Below are positions 25,674 through 36,013 of a DNA stretch of 64,000 nt, piece by piece. The stretch covers positions 54,066,001 to 54,130,000 of the forward strand of contig OZ249436.1 in NCBI GenBank assembly GCA_965235115.1, in the 5' to 3' direction. Under the pieces are notes generated by a model. The model ran no database searches. It worked only from the letters and a program-made list of their open reading frames with translations, and was not told where the DNA came from. The translations under genes were made by a program, and so were the position numbers. The DNA is from Laetmonice hystrix. Lineage: Eukaryota. Positions within the stretch are counted from its first letter, which is position 1, and each line of letters starts with the position of its first letter.

Positions 25674-26696
25674 TGGACTGTACATAGCATGTGTCTAAAG
25701 ATAACCTAGGTTGGGTGGTTGTTACCAGCTACCCTACGATAAATGCCTATTTTTCGGAGAAGTTTGCTCCGTTCAAACTTGAAAAGAAACCTGGTCATTT
25801 AAAAATGGCGACCGTAACAAAGAATTTACACCGTTAATATATTCAATCTACCTTCTGTCGTTTATAACCTATAGTTTCTTGGCTTTATAGTAATCAGTGC
25901 AATGTAACACCCCTTTTTTATATTTTAAACGAACACATAAAGTAAAATAACGCTATGTGAGGTGACCGACATTTCGTGGTGACCTGACAACTACATTCAT
26001 TGTATTAGTGTCAGTACACGTGTTGTTACAACCAAAATATGTTATAATGGAATTATACTATGGGCATGATATAGCCCAGGCCAGAAAAAGAAGATGCGAA
26101 CAATAATTTGACCTTTGATTCCATTGGCTCATAACAAGTTGCATGGGCATCATATATGTATGTAATATACCGTGCCTAAGAGACTACATCCAATTCTGTA
26201 CATAATGTTTATCTCCGAGATATTTGGAGTGAACCAAATGAAAATTTCTGATCATATACCGTATTTGACAAGTATAATATATTATGATACCCACCACCTA
26301 CTACACTACACACTTAAATCTAACAAAAGTTCCAGTGTCAGAACATAAACAATATTGATTACAGTGTCAATTTTAAAGAAAGTTGTGACTATGTGTCATC
26401 ACTCCGGTTATAGTTGGGTTGTTGGTTGGTCTACGGCGTCGCGGGCACCAGCCTATTTGAGTACCACTGTAAATAATCATGCCGTGGTTGATGGCGCGAG
26501 ATGTAAGGTCCACGAGAGTTTGTGGGAGGCACTTTTTGTGTCACAAAATGTGTGGTTAGTTACCCACGAGTGTTGATGATACGTGCCTCAAGTGCCCGCG
26601 CTCGTTGACCACGACCAACTGGAGTGAGGCGTCCTGTCCTGCTTGTGCACAGCAGGAATTGTTCGTTTTCTGGAGGCGAGGATCGGTGCACCCTGT

Positions 26697-27084
26697 TCAG
26701 CCTAAGTTATAAGTCACTGCATTTATGGTATGGTACGTCACTGTTTGTATATATATATATACCTCAATTAGAAGACACAGTTGAACTGGGGTTAAATAGT
26801 GTTGGACATTAGGACAATTAAGTGGGGAAATGTTAACGTTATAGCAGTACTTTCCGTGCTGGAAGAGCATGAAGCGGTCGTAATTGCCCTGTTCTATTGC
26901 ATAACCACAATAGTACACTGACTGTGGCAATTCTGACGGTAGATTGACGTGAAACGTATGGAACCAGCGGTCGTAAACAGTGTGAAACGATCCGACACGG
27001 TTGAATATGATCCCGTAGTTTAATCGGAATACCTTGTCTGGGGCGGCTTGAGCTGTGCCGAAGCACAGCAACATCAGCAGGAAC
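26697..27084 (-). pseudogene. Inverted copy of env-like ORF, signal peptide disrupted by a DNA transposon
   Basis: FLLMLLCFGTAQAAPDKVFRLNYG...NLG*. Its ATG-CCG-GCT start is left on the far side of the 27085-30148 insertion. Confidence 0.8.
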
Positions 27085-30000
27085 AGGGGTATACATGTAT
27101 GGGTAAAATTCGACACGATCGACACGCCGACACGGCCGTAAAATGAAGGGCGACATTGCGACATCCTCTTCTTAACGTGCGACGGACACACCTCCCAAAT
27201 GGCTGATAAAATTCGACGTGAGACATCCAGAATTGCAATAAAAATAGACATGCGACACATTGATTTACTTAACAGGTGACACACGACATCGACAATTATT
27301 AAATTAGCGACGTGCGACGTAGGCCTACCGTAAAAGCGATCTATAGGTCAGTCTCTTGTGTTAACTAAAGCCACGTGTCACAGCATTTTGCCCCCTGCTG
27401 CTGCCCTCTACCGCTGCACCAGACCAAAACCAGACGCGGCGATAGACAAACTGCCACCAGAGGGCGCAGGTCTCCAGCATTAGCCAACCGCAGCGCCATC
27501 TCTCGTCAGAGTGGCCCCCTTTCCAACGTCACAGATATAGGCCTAAATGACGACGGCAAGTACCTACGGCAAGAGGAAAGTCTTGCTCTTGGTAGGTCCA
27601 GGCCCGTAGGCTGGGGGCATGGCCGTATTTAGGGGGGGGGGGGGGGCTGAGGGGGCTGCAGCCCCCCCCCCCCCCAACCAAAATCAAGTCAATTTTTTGT
27701 TCCTCTTGTATCAGTGAATGTTTGTATGACGAGGAGAATCCAAAATATACGCTGGTACATAACAGTCCAGCTTTAACCCGGCAGGTCTAACGTTAGGCCT
27801 AAAAGTGTAAGCTAATCATGGGAAGCACCATGGTCCATGCCTCTCTTGAAATGCCTAATAGGGGGGCCCGGGGGGGCCTAAACCCCGCTAGGTGAGTTCA
27901 CCAGGCATTGACAAATCAGTCATTTTCTGTCCCAGGTGCCGGGAAATCGCATCTCCGGGCTTCCTAATTTCAAAATTTTCTGGGGGAGTACCCCCCGACC
28001 CCCCTCCTTTTCGTTTACTCGCGCCTGCGGCGCTCGATGATGCGCGCCTACGGCGCTTGTCAGCCCCCCTGAAACAATCCTGGCTACGGCCCTGGGGGGG
28101 GGGGGGGTTACTTGGGTTACTGGTAACCTACCCGCAGAGCCAGCCAAGGTCCGCCTAGTCAAGATAAAAAGGTCTGCCCAGGGGCGTGGGACCGATTTTT
28201 CATTTGGGGGAGGGGGCACAAATATGCCCTGCCAATTGAAAATACCCCAGATGTATGGTTGTTAGGGCTCCAATTTTTCATTTTTTTCTGGGGGAACATG
28301 TCCCGGACCCCAGATGCAGACCCCCCTAGCACGCCCATATTCAACATCACCTGACCAGGGGCAGAACTGCACTGCCACTGGTATCTCAGAAGGGGCGGGT
28401 ACCACCCGGGGGGGGGGGGTACTTCCCAATCTAAAAATCTAAAGAGATTCCTTGTAGGCCTATACTGTGCCTCAGTAATTGCTCTCAGATTTCTGAAACA
28501 TGGCCAAAATGCCCCATTTCACTCCTAGTTTAAAAAAATTCCTGCCGGGGGGGGGGGGGGGGAGCATGCCCCCGGACCACCCTACACACAGTTCGTGCCT
28601 ACAGTGGCTTTGCTGCTGCATTTCACATTCTTAAACGTTGGAACCACTGGTATTGGAAACCAGTTTCAATATCAGTGCATGGTCAAGAAACAGCTCTGGA
28701 TCCACCCCATGCAAATTTATGGAACTCATTTCACTATAAGCAGTGCACCCCTTTTCTCTCCCCCTCAAGTGCCCTTTTTTATTTTTACGAAAGATATTTA
28801 AAATCTAAATGTCCAATTGTCTAGGCCTATTATAGCCCTAAAGACTATATCGCGTATTTGGCACAGTAATTTATATTTTCTTCTGGGGGAGGGCCCCCAG
28901 CCCCCCTTCATGGCTTCGCGCCTTCGGCGCTCGCACCCATGGGGGGGCATCCCCTTTACCAAATTCCTGGATTCGCCCCTGACTGCCCCCCACACTCTAA
29001 CTACGGCCCTGTTGATATGTGCATAGGTCTATAGGCCTATGCCACTTTTATTTGACTGTTTAGGCTATACTCACTGGGGGGGGGGAGGGGGAGAAAGTGC
29101 CCTTTTTCCATAGCACCCCCCCCCCCACGTTTTGAAAATCCTGGATCCGCCCCTGATAAGTAACCCACCCATTTTCAGACCAGCCTACGGGCCTGAGGTC
29201 TCTGCATTTATCTCGGCCTAATTTTAAATTTATCTTTGATCACACCCTCCTGCAGACAAACTACGGCTCACTGTTTGCAGATAATTATGTATGTACATGT
29301 TATTCACTCTTGTTCAACTTCAGGCTTAAAAGATCGACGGTGTGCTTCTTTTTCGTTAAACGTTAGTCGAATCGCCATGAACGAAGATGGCTAGGCCAGC
29401 AGATGTCTCAAAGTCTGTCAAAGTCCGATAAGAATCAGGCGTGTTCTTTGATTAGATGTCAGTCGGAAAAATAGGATTTGAAACAAATTATGGCGACTGT
29501 ACAGTTACTACTAGCCTACAGTACAGTCGCCATACTGCCATTATGATTTACTATTATAATTTAGATCTAGCCTAGGCCTACTGGCCAGTGGCAGTGTCGT
29601 TGCCGTGGGCGTTAGTGAGAGATAGTGGTCAGTGGCAACCTCTCTGTTACGTTCTAAACATGCCAATATCCATCTATCAGTGGCATAGGAATTAGGCTAA
29701 GGTATTTTCAGTTTGGAGGACCATTCACGTCATGAACCCATTGACACAGATGAAGCTGAGCCTGTCCAACTACCTGCTCTGTCCACTACAAGAATGGGCC
29801 GAGTAGTCAAACTTCCGTCACGTTTTAGAGACTAGGGGACATGAACTAATGGTACTAGGACCACATCTAGGACCACTCCTATGTAGGAGACTGCCAAACT
29901 ATCTCCATATCTTGCGTAATACTATGCACTGCTAATATTCTATTATTTTTATCTCTTTGTTTAAGTGTTATACGTAGCCGGTAGGCCTATAATTATGTTA

Positions 30001-30148
30001 AAACTTGACATTGGACATAAGAGCACTGCTTAAAAAGTGACACACGACACGGTTGAATCATTTTAAAAAGTGACATGCGACACGGAAAAATTTCTTATCA
30101 TGTGACACTGGGACACAGGCATAAAAAATAGGACCCATATATACCCCT
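27085..30148. mobile_element. Non-autonomous DNA transposon with 6-bp TSD (unclassified)
   Basis: TIR AGGGGTATA...TATACCCCT. TSD AGGAAC (27079-27084, 30149-30154). Empty site GTTCCT occurs once at 39904-39909. GACAC repeats near both ends. Confidence 0.88.
27599..29195. mobile_element. MITE with 5-bp TSD (hAT5-like), containing another MITE at 27618-28094
   Basis: TIR CAGGCCCGTAGGCTGG, TSD AGGTC. The inverted sister copy 49427-50360 lacks the inner MITE. Confidence 0.85.
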
Positions 30149-30544
30149 AGGAACGGAGCCGGCATTCCTAGCAGGCAACGGAGGCGATGCAGCCGGTGCA
30201 GCACAGGCACTTATGAATGAGAATATGAAGATGACGGTGAAGACTGTGTGACCTACTCTACAATGGATAGACCTGCTACCCTTTTGGACAGTCAATAATG
30301 ATTTATATGAGTGCTTTCATTTGACCTGTAACTGGCACTATTGCATGTAAACGTTGTCCACCTCCCCTAATGTAAGCAGCCCAGAACATATGGCATCCCT
30401 TCCCGTCATGTGTTTAACAAAACTATTGCCACAGATAATTAAGTAACTTTAGATGAGCTCTTGTTTGTCTTGGTTATTCTTTTAGTCTTCCTTCCTTTTT
30501 TTGTTTGTTTGTTTTGTTTTTTATGTTTTTTTTTATGTTACTGG

Positions 30545-33500
30545 TTAGTTTTTGTTTGGGCAGAAATATTTGAGTGATTTCTTTTTTCTAGCCTTTCCCG
30601 ACATGGTTTTTGTTGCCTTGAACTGCTCCAGTATGTCAGTAGGCACACTCTTTTCGTCCACCCAGATTCGACGTGAGCAATTTTGTAGTTTTACTCTGCA
30701 ATATTTCACTCCTTTACTTTGTGTCATTTTGACCACCTCCACAATAATGCGGGGATTTGTGTTTGGCTCAGAGGTTGGGCCGTCTGAGTTGTCTGCTTGT
30801 GACCTTGTTTGTGTAGCATCTAATGCTTGTCTCTCAGCCACCTTGGGTGCTGGTTGGACAGTGTGAGATGTCTTAGAGTTTGTTGATGAGGCCTGTGCCG
30901 CTGGCTTTTCAGCCTGTGTTGTTTCCACATTAACTGTTGAGTCACGTGGGTGTGTGGGTTGTTCATCACGTGGGGTGTCACCTGTGTCTGGCACTGTGTT
31001 TTGTGACTCGATAATTCCCCGTATTTCGTCAAGCAGTTGTTGACGTGTGATTGACTGAGGACCACTTCGAGTGTCATCAGAATTTGATGGGGTGTCAGGT
31101 GTCGAGGCTACTGGGTCTGGTTGCTCAAGCTCCAGCCGATCCAGGTAAGGAATGAGCCTTCGACCATTGATGGCTCCAGTAAGATGTTTGCCATCAACGT
31201 CCTGCAAATGGTATGTGAAATTGGGACCAAAGCGAGTGATCCAATAGGGGCCTTTGTATGGAGGATGAAGCTTAGGCACCAGGCCAACAGGTACTGCTTC
31301 GTTCCTCATCAAGACCTTTTGACCTACCTGAAAGGTCGGGACTTGAGCATGTTTGTTCTTGTCATGCTCCATACGATTCAATGTCTGACTTTGTACCAAG
31401 TTTCTTTTGGCAACCTCACGACAAACTTTAATATCGTCGAGATGATTATGCAGAACTTCTTGGTATGATTTTGGCATTGTGGGTTTTGGGAGCAAGTCAG
31501 CGTCTCCTGGGACAAACATGCTTTTGCCAAACAAAACTTGATATGGTGAAAGTTCATGGGACCTAGTAGCTGGCATTGCTCTATACGCCATCATAACTGA
31601 AGGTATGATTCTTGGCCAGTCAGACTGATCAGGCTTGCAAAATGCCCGGATGGTTTTTATGATGAATGAGTTCATCCGCTCACATGCTGCGTTTGTTTGT
31701 GGGTGGTATGGCGATGTAAATGTTTGTTTTATATCGTACAATTCTGCCAATGCCTTGATCAGTTTAGATTTAAATTGTTGCCCTAAGTCTGACACGATTT
31801 CCGCTGGAGCCCCATATCGGGTGACAATGGTCTCATACAGGTGCTTGGCGACTGTCTCTGCATCTTGACGCTTTGTCGGGATGGCCTCGCACCACTTCGA
31901 CCCACTGTCTACAAATAGCAACAAATAGCGGTATCCTTCAGGGCTTGTTTTTAACTGAAGGAAATCCATGTGCCATTTGTGCAATGGTGGAACTACTGGC
32001 ATAGGTGTTAGGGGTGGTGGTTTTGGGTGGCGCTTCTTTGTCCGCTGACACACATCACATGATGCAATATATTGCTGTATTTGTGAGTACATCTTGGCCC
32101 AAAAGTATTTTAAGACAAGTGCACTGTAGGTGCGATCAAGTCCCTGATGTCCCCCACCTACCATGTTGTCATGATATTTGGATATCAGAGTCTTACGCTC
32201 ACACAATGGGACCACTAGCTGTTTAATCACGTTTTCAGGCCTTCGCCGATTTGTGGGAAAGTATATGTGGTAGAGTACCTCATTATCCACAATATACTGG
32301 TCTTCAGTTTTATAGAAGACGTTAGCTTTTTCTGGGTCCAGGGGAAGCGTGCCATCCACGTGAAAGGAGTACAGCTCTCCCACCTGGGGACATTGTCTCT
32401 GGAGAGCAGCCATGTCACATGGTTCAATACTTGAAATGGAACCATCAATGGTGTCACCCAGAAGTGCTTGGTACGATACACCGCCCACAGTTGGGGAGAT
32501 CGTCAGGGCTGAGGGTGTGAGCTCCTCATGGACCTTTGGTGGGGCTCCCTCAAGGGGTGTATCATATGGCCGACGTGATAGACTGTCTGCATTTACATTT
32601 GATTTCCCTGCTTTATATTGCACATCAAATGTGTACCCCTGGAGGAACAATGCCATGTCACCTAGTCGCTTGTTATGTGCTTTAAACTTATGTATATATT
32701 TTAACGGCTCGTGGTCTGTAATGAGGGTAAATGGCTTGTCCTCAAGGTAGGGTCTATAGGTAAAGATACCTTCCTTAACGGCCAGCATTTCCAACTCTGT
32801 GGCTGAGTAGCGTGTCTCAGCGTCACGAAGAGCTCTCCCACCATAGGCAATAACAACTTCCCTTTTATCGTCACCTCTTTGAGTGAGAATATAGCCCAGG
32901 CCTGTCAGGCTGGCATCAGTTGTCAGGTAGAACTGTTTCTTCATGTCAGGGTAACCTATGATGGGGTCTTCAACTAACCTGTTTTTCAGCTGATTGAAAG
33001 CATCCTGACACTCATTAGTCCAGTTGAACGGAACATCTTGATGTAACAGATGGTAGAGTGGAGCTGCAATCTTGGAATAATTTTGAATAAAGCGACGATA
33101 ATAATTTGTGAGACCTAGAAATGACCGTACCTCTTTCGCATTCTTAGGGACTGGAAAGGTGTCAACTATGGCTGTTTTCTCGGGGTTTGGTTTTATACCT
33201 TCGGCCGACAGAAGATGTCCTAAATATTTGACCTCTGTGGTGGCAAAATTACACTTGCGCGGGTTAAGCTTTAAGCCAGCCTTTTTCAACCGTTCAAAAA
33301 TCAACTTTAGGTGTTCCAGGTGGTCGGCCATGTTTGCACTGAAACAGATTATATCGTCGACATATATTACACAGAATTTAAAAATGAGTCCACGCAGGGC
33401 CTGATGCACTGTACGCATAAAGGTGACTGGGCCGTATGGTAAGACGTTCCACTCATATTGGCCATTCTGTGTAACAAAGGAGGTCTTGTGAACGGAGTCT

Positions 33501-33751
33501 GGATGCATGGCAAATTGCCAGAAAGAATTCGACATATCAAGTGTTGTAAAGACTTTCGCGCCGCTATCACCAATGGCGTCCCAGACATCTTCTAATCTGG
33601 GGAGTGGGTAGGACTGGGGCCGTGTCACCGCATTAAGTTTACGGTAATCACAACATAAACGCCATGACCCGTCTGGCTTCTTGACCAGTACAACGTTCTC
33701 GTTCTTGTAATCTTTTACTACTGGGTATACTGCCCACTCAATGTCAAGCAT
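30545..33751 (-). CDS. pol: Chimeric Pol ORF (RT-RNase H-integrase, 1068 aa) of the inverted copy
   Basis: The first 19 codons come from antisense LTR sequence and are fused in frame at 33694 to VVLVKKPDGSWRLCCDYRKLN. Motifs YVDD, TDAS, HHCC, D-D-E, GPY. Confidence 0.85.
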   Translation of the reverse strand: MLDIEWAVYPVVKDYKNENVVLVKKPDGSWRLCCDYRKLNAVTRPQSYPLPRLEDVWDAIGDSGAKVFTTLDMSNSFWQFAMHPDSVHKTSFVTQNGQYEWNVLPYGPVTFMRTVHQALRGLIFKFCVIYVDDIICFSANMADHLEHLKLIFERLKKAGLKLNPRKCNFATTEVKYLGHLLSAEGIKPNPEKTAIVDTFPVPKNAKEVRSFLGLTNYYRRFIQNYSKIAAPLYHLLHQDVPFNWTNECQDAFNQLKNRLVEDPIIGYPDMKKQFYLTTDASLTGLGYILTQRGDDKREVVIAYGGRALRDAETRYSATELEMLAVKEGIFTYRPYLEDKPFTLITDHEPLKYIHKFKAHNKRLGDMALFLQGYTFDVQYKAGKSNVNADSLSRRPYDTPLEGAPPKVHEELTPSALTISPTVGGVSYQALLGDTIDGSISSIEPCDMAALQRQCPQVGELYSFHVDGTLPLDPEKANVFYKTEDQYIVDNEVLYHIYFPTNRRRPENVIKQLVVPLCERKTLISKYHDNMVGGGHQGLDRTYSALVLKYFWAKMYSQIQQYIASCDVCQRTKKRHPKPPPLTPMPVVPPLHKWHMDFLQLKTSPEGYRYLLLFVDSGSKWCEAIPTKRQDAETVAKHLYETIVTRYGAPAEIVSDLGQQFKSKLIKALAELYDIKQTFTSPYHPQTNAACERMNSFIIKTIRAFCKPDQSDWPRIIPSVMMAYRAMPATRSHELSPYQVLFGKSMFVPGDADLLPKPTMPKSYQEVLHNHLDDIKVCREVAKRNLVQSQTLNRMEHDKNKHAQVPTFQVGQKVLMRNEAVPVGLVPKLHPPYKGPYWITRFGPNFTYHLQDVDGKHLTGAINGRRLIPYLDRLELEQPDPVASTPDTPSNSDDTRSGPQSITRQQLLDEIRGIIESQNTVPDTGDTPRDEQPTHPRDSTVNVETTQAEKPAAQASSTNSKTSHTVQPAPKVAERQALDATQTRSQADNSDGPTSEPNTNPRIIVEVVKMTQSKGVKYCRVKLQNCSRRIWVDEKSVPTDILEQFKATKTMSGKARKKKSLKYFCPNKN

Positions 33752-34026
33752 CCGCCTTCTTTATCTTTTGAGCACCATGCTAGTGTTCACCCTTTTTGAC
33801 CAGTTACCGCTGTACGAATATGTCTAACTTGTAATATTAAAACAGTTGTCTGCCAAGTCTTCAAACCCCCAACGTGCTGTTACGTCGTTCCTCTTGCCAA
33901 GCTTCTCCCCCCTTAACATTGCTTTAGTAATCAGCACGATCCCTCAGTATAACAAACAAGTAGTAGGGGGTAACGCAACTATCCCAAACAACGCCCCAAA
34001 ACAACAACAACGCCCCCCCTACGAAA
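33694..34026 (+). promoter_or_regulatory. 5' LTR, right part (R/U5)
   Basis: ATTAAA at 33836-33841. 33750-34026 is repeated at 40833-41114. Ends CCCTACGAAA directly before the PBS. Confidence 0.8.
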
Positions 34027-34027
34027 A

Positions 34028-34042
34028 TGGTGGAGAAACGGG
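34028..34042 (+). promoter_or_regulatory. Primer binding site, tRNA-Ala-like
   Basis: TGGTGGAGAAACGGG 1 nt after the LTR end. TGGTGGAGA complements the UCUCCACCA 3' end of eukaryotic tRNA-Ala. Confidence 0.7.
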
Positions 34043-34261
34043 ACGCAGACGACTGTTCAACATTTACTGTTAGACATTATCAGAAATTCTAGTTCAAGTT
34101 AAGTGCAGTGGTGTGCTGGTTCCTCCTCTATGTGGCACGCTCTTATGTCAAAACCTCAAAACTCTCTAACTCGGCACCCTCGTGTGTCAAAACCTCAAAA
34201 CTCTTTAACTCTTAACGATCCACCGGCCCATAACACCAGGGGAAGGCAGCTGGGTGCAGCC

Positions 34262-35287
34262 ATGGCCAACCAGCAACCAGAACTGACCACCATGTCGGTG
34301 GCAGACACCCTCCCAGCGTTTACGGCAAGCCAACATGACGTAAACGCGTGGCTCCCGAGGTTCGACAGCCTCGCCCGGGCCAAGGGATGGACCAATCACC
34401 AGCAGGATAAATTGCCAGTGTACCTGGGCCCAAATGAACATGAGTGGTATGAGGGGCTACCTGAGGAAACAAAACGATCGTATGCTACGTTAAAAGCAGC
34501 GCTAGTGGCCGAATATACACCTAAGGCGGCCTCTAAATTCCAGCGGGAAACATTGTTGCGGACACAAAAGCAACACCCCAACACCTCAGTAAAGGAGTTT
34601 GTGATGACAGTGAGACGGGAGGCCCGGGCTATCTCCCTCCCTGAGGACAAGGGGGTGGAGATTATCCTGAACAATATGTTGCCAGCTGCACGGTCCACTA
34701 TTGTGGACCGGCCAAACACCTATGCGGCTATTCTTGCCACACCAGTGGCCAGTGGCGAGATCCCACTCCCCACACCCGTGGGGCAGGTCGAGTCAGATGC
34801 TGTCATAAAACAGCTTCTGGCAGCGCTGGCAGACAAGGACGTCCGTATAGCTGCCCTGGAGTCCCGACCACCACCCACCCCCCCAGCACAAGAACCAGCA
34901 ATCCGGCCAGACTGGACAATGGACCCACAGCAGCCAACACACCAGTCACCACCCCAGCGCTACATGCAGCAACGCAGACAGTGGCAACAACAACCTCAGC
35001 GGCAACCGCAGCAACATCGCCAGTGGCAGCAACACCAGCGGCAGCCACAGCAGCAACAACAGCAACAACAACAGCAGACACGTTGGCAGCCCCCAACGTA
35101 TCAACAGCCTGCCTCCAATCACTTCAACAGCAGTGGACCATGCAGGGGGTGTGGCTCCAGCAAAGGGAGATGCAACCCTCGGGAAGCATGTCCTGCATAT
35201 GGTCACTTCTGCCGTCACTGTAATAAGCCTAATCACTTAGATATTGTGTGCACAACAAACCCACATGCTGTTGTGAAAATTAAATAG
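34262..35287 (+). CDS. gag: Gag (capsid, Q-rich linker, zinc knuckles)
   Basis: ORF open from 34103. Best Kozak ATG at 34262 (upstream in-frame ATGs at 34130 and 34145). W...F...A...W capsid pattern and CX2CX4HX4C (CRHCNKPNHLDIVC) preceded by CRGC...CPA. Confidence 0.88.
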   Translation: MANQQPELTTMSVADTLPAFTASQHDVNAWLPRFDSLARAKGWTNHQQDKLPVYLGPNEHEWYEGLPEETKRSYATLKAALVAEYTPKAASKFQRETLLRTQKQHPNTSVKEFVMTVRREARAISLPEDKGVEIILNNMLPAARSTIVDRPNTYAAILATPVASGEIPLPTPVGQVESDAVIKQLLAALADKDVRIAALESRPPPTPPAQEPAIRPDWTMDPQQPTHQSPPQRYMQQRRQWQQQPQRQPQQHRQWQQHQRQPQQQQQQQQQQTRWQPPTYQQPASNHFNSSGPCRGCGSSKGRCNPREACPAYGHFCRHCNKPNHLDIVCTTNPHAVVKIK

Positions 35288-36013
35288 GTTTTAGCGCCTG
35301 GACGGAGAAGTCTGCCCAGGCACAATAAGTATGACACAGTTGTACCCCAGGTTCCCCAAGTAGCAGTAAGCGATTTAAGGGCTTTCAATAATTTACTTGA
35401 GGTCAGAGTTCACAGACAGCAGGTTTGGGCATTGATTGATTCTGGGGCGACAACTAGTGTAATTTCAACCCAACTTGCAGCTCTGGTTAATTCATGCATA
35501 GAAGCTCACCACACCCCAGACTTCTCCCATGTCTCTGGTGTTGGTGGAGAGATGCTACAGGTGACTGACAAGGTAGTTCTGCGACTACACATTGGGAACC
35601 AAGAGTTTCAACATGTATTTCATGTAATTCCAGCTAGAAATTCAATGATATTGGGACTCGATTTTCTAAATAAATATAAAGCAGTAGTTGACTTTGCCAA
35701 CAGCACGATGACACTTGAAAAACTTACTGTCAGGCTATGCAGTCCAACAATTAGATCATGCCTGGCTCGTACGATGACAGATTATGAAATACCACCAAAG
35801 TCTGAGGCTATAATCCCAGTGATTTGCTCACGGAAATACTTAAATTGCGATCTGGTACTGGAACCCACAAATAACAACAGACTGTCAACACAGGCGACAC
35901 ACACCTTAGTTAATGTTAGTGGAGACCGGACCATGGTAAGGGTACTCAATCCAACTAGAGCCCATGTTAACATTCCAAGACGGACATTGCATATGGAAGA
36001 AAAATTTCATTAG
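35288..36013 (+). CDS. Retropepsin aspartic protease, in frame with gag after a single TAG
   Basis: LIDSGA and ILGLDFL motifs. The frame is open from the gag stop. Confidence 0.88.
   Translation, partial: VLAPGRRSLPRHNKYDTVVPQVPQVAVSDLRAFNNLLEVRVHRQQVWALIDSGATTSVISTQLAALVNSCIEAHHTPDFSHVSGVGGEMLQVTDKVVLRLHIGNQEFQHVFHVIPARNSMILGLDFLNKYKAVVDFANSTMTLEKLTVRLCSPTIRSCLARTMTDYEIPPKSEAIIPVICSRKYLNCDLVLEPTNNNRLSTQATHTLVNVSGDRTMVRVLNPTRAHVNIPRRTLHMEEKFH

Larger units (their letters stand above)
25535..33694 (-). mobile_element. Inverted partial copy of the same Gypsy element (RT to U3)
   Basis: 30149-33694 is the reverse complement of 36364-39909, and 26154-27084 of 39904-40834. It continues through 26153-25742 (absent from the + copy) into the LTR start at 25741. 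Confidence 0.95.

Noticed and set aside
25052..25741. Stand-alone palindromic MITE
   Set aside because: It has no TSD of its own. Its ends are the LTR start in two orientations and the left flank GTTG pairs with 41115-41118.
25903..25921. AAAAAAGGGG-TGTTACA on the minus strand looks like a PPT plus canonical LTR start
   Set aside because: No matching TGTAACA end at the PBS or host junction. The TSD and terminal inverted repeat place the LTR start at 25741/25052.
35995..36013. Programmed -1 frameshift at GAAAAATTTC
   Set aside because: The A-AAT-TTC heptamer is not in the protease frame. A mutational indel near 35985 is simpler.
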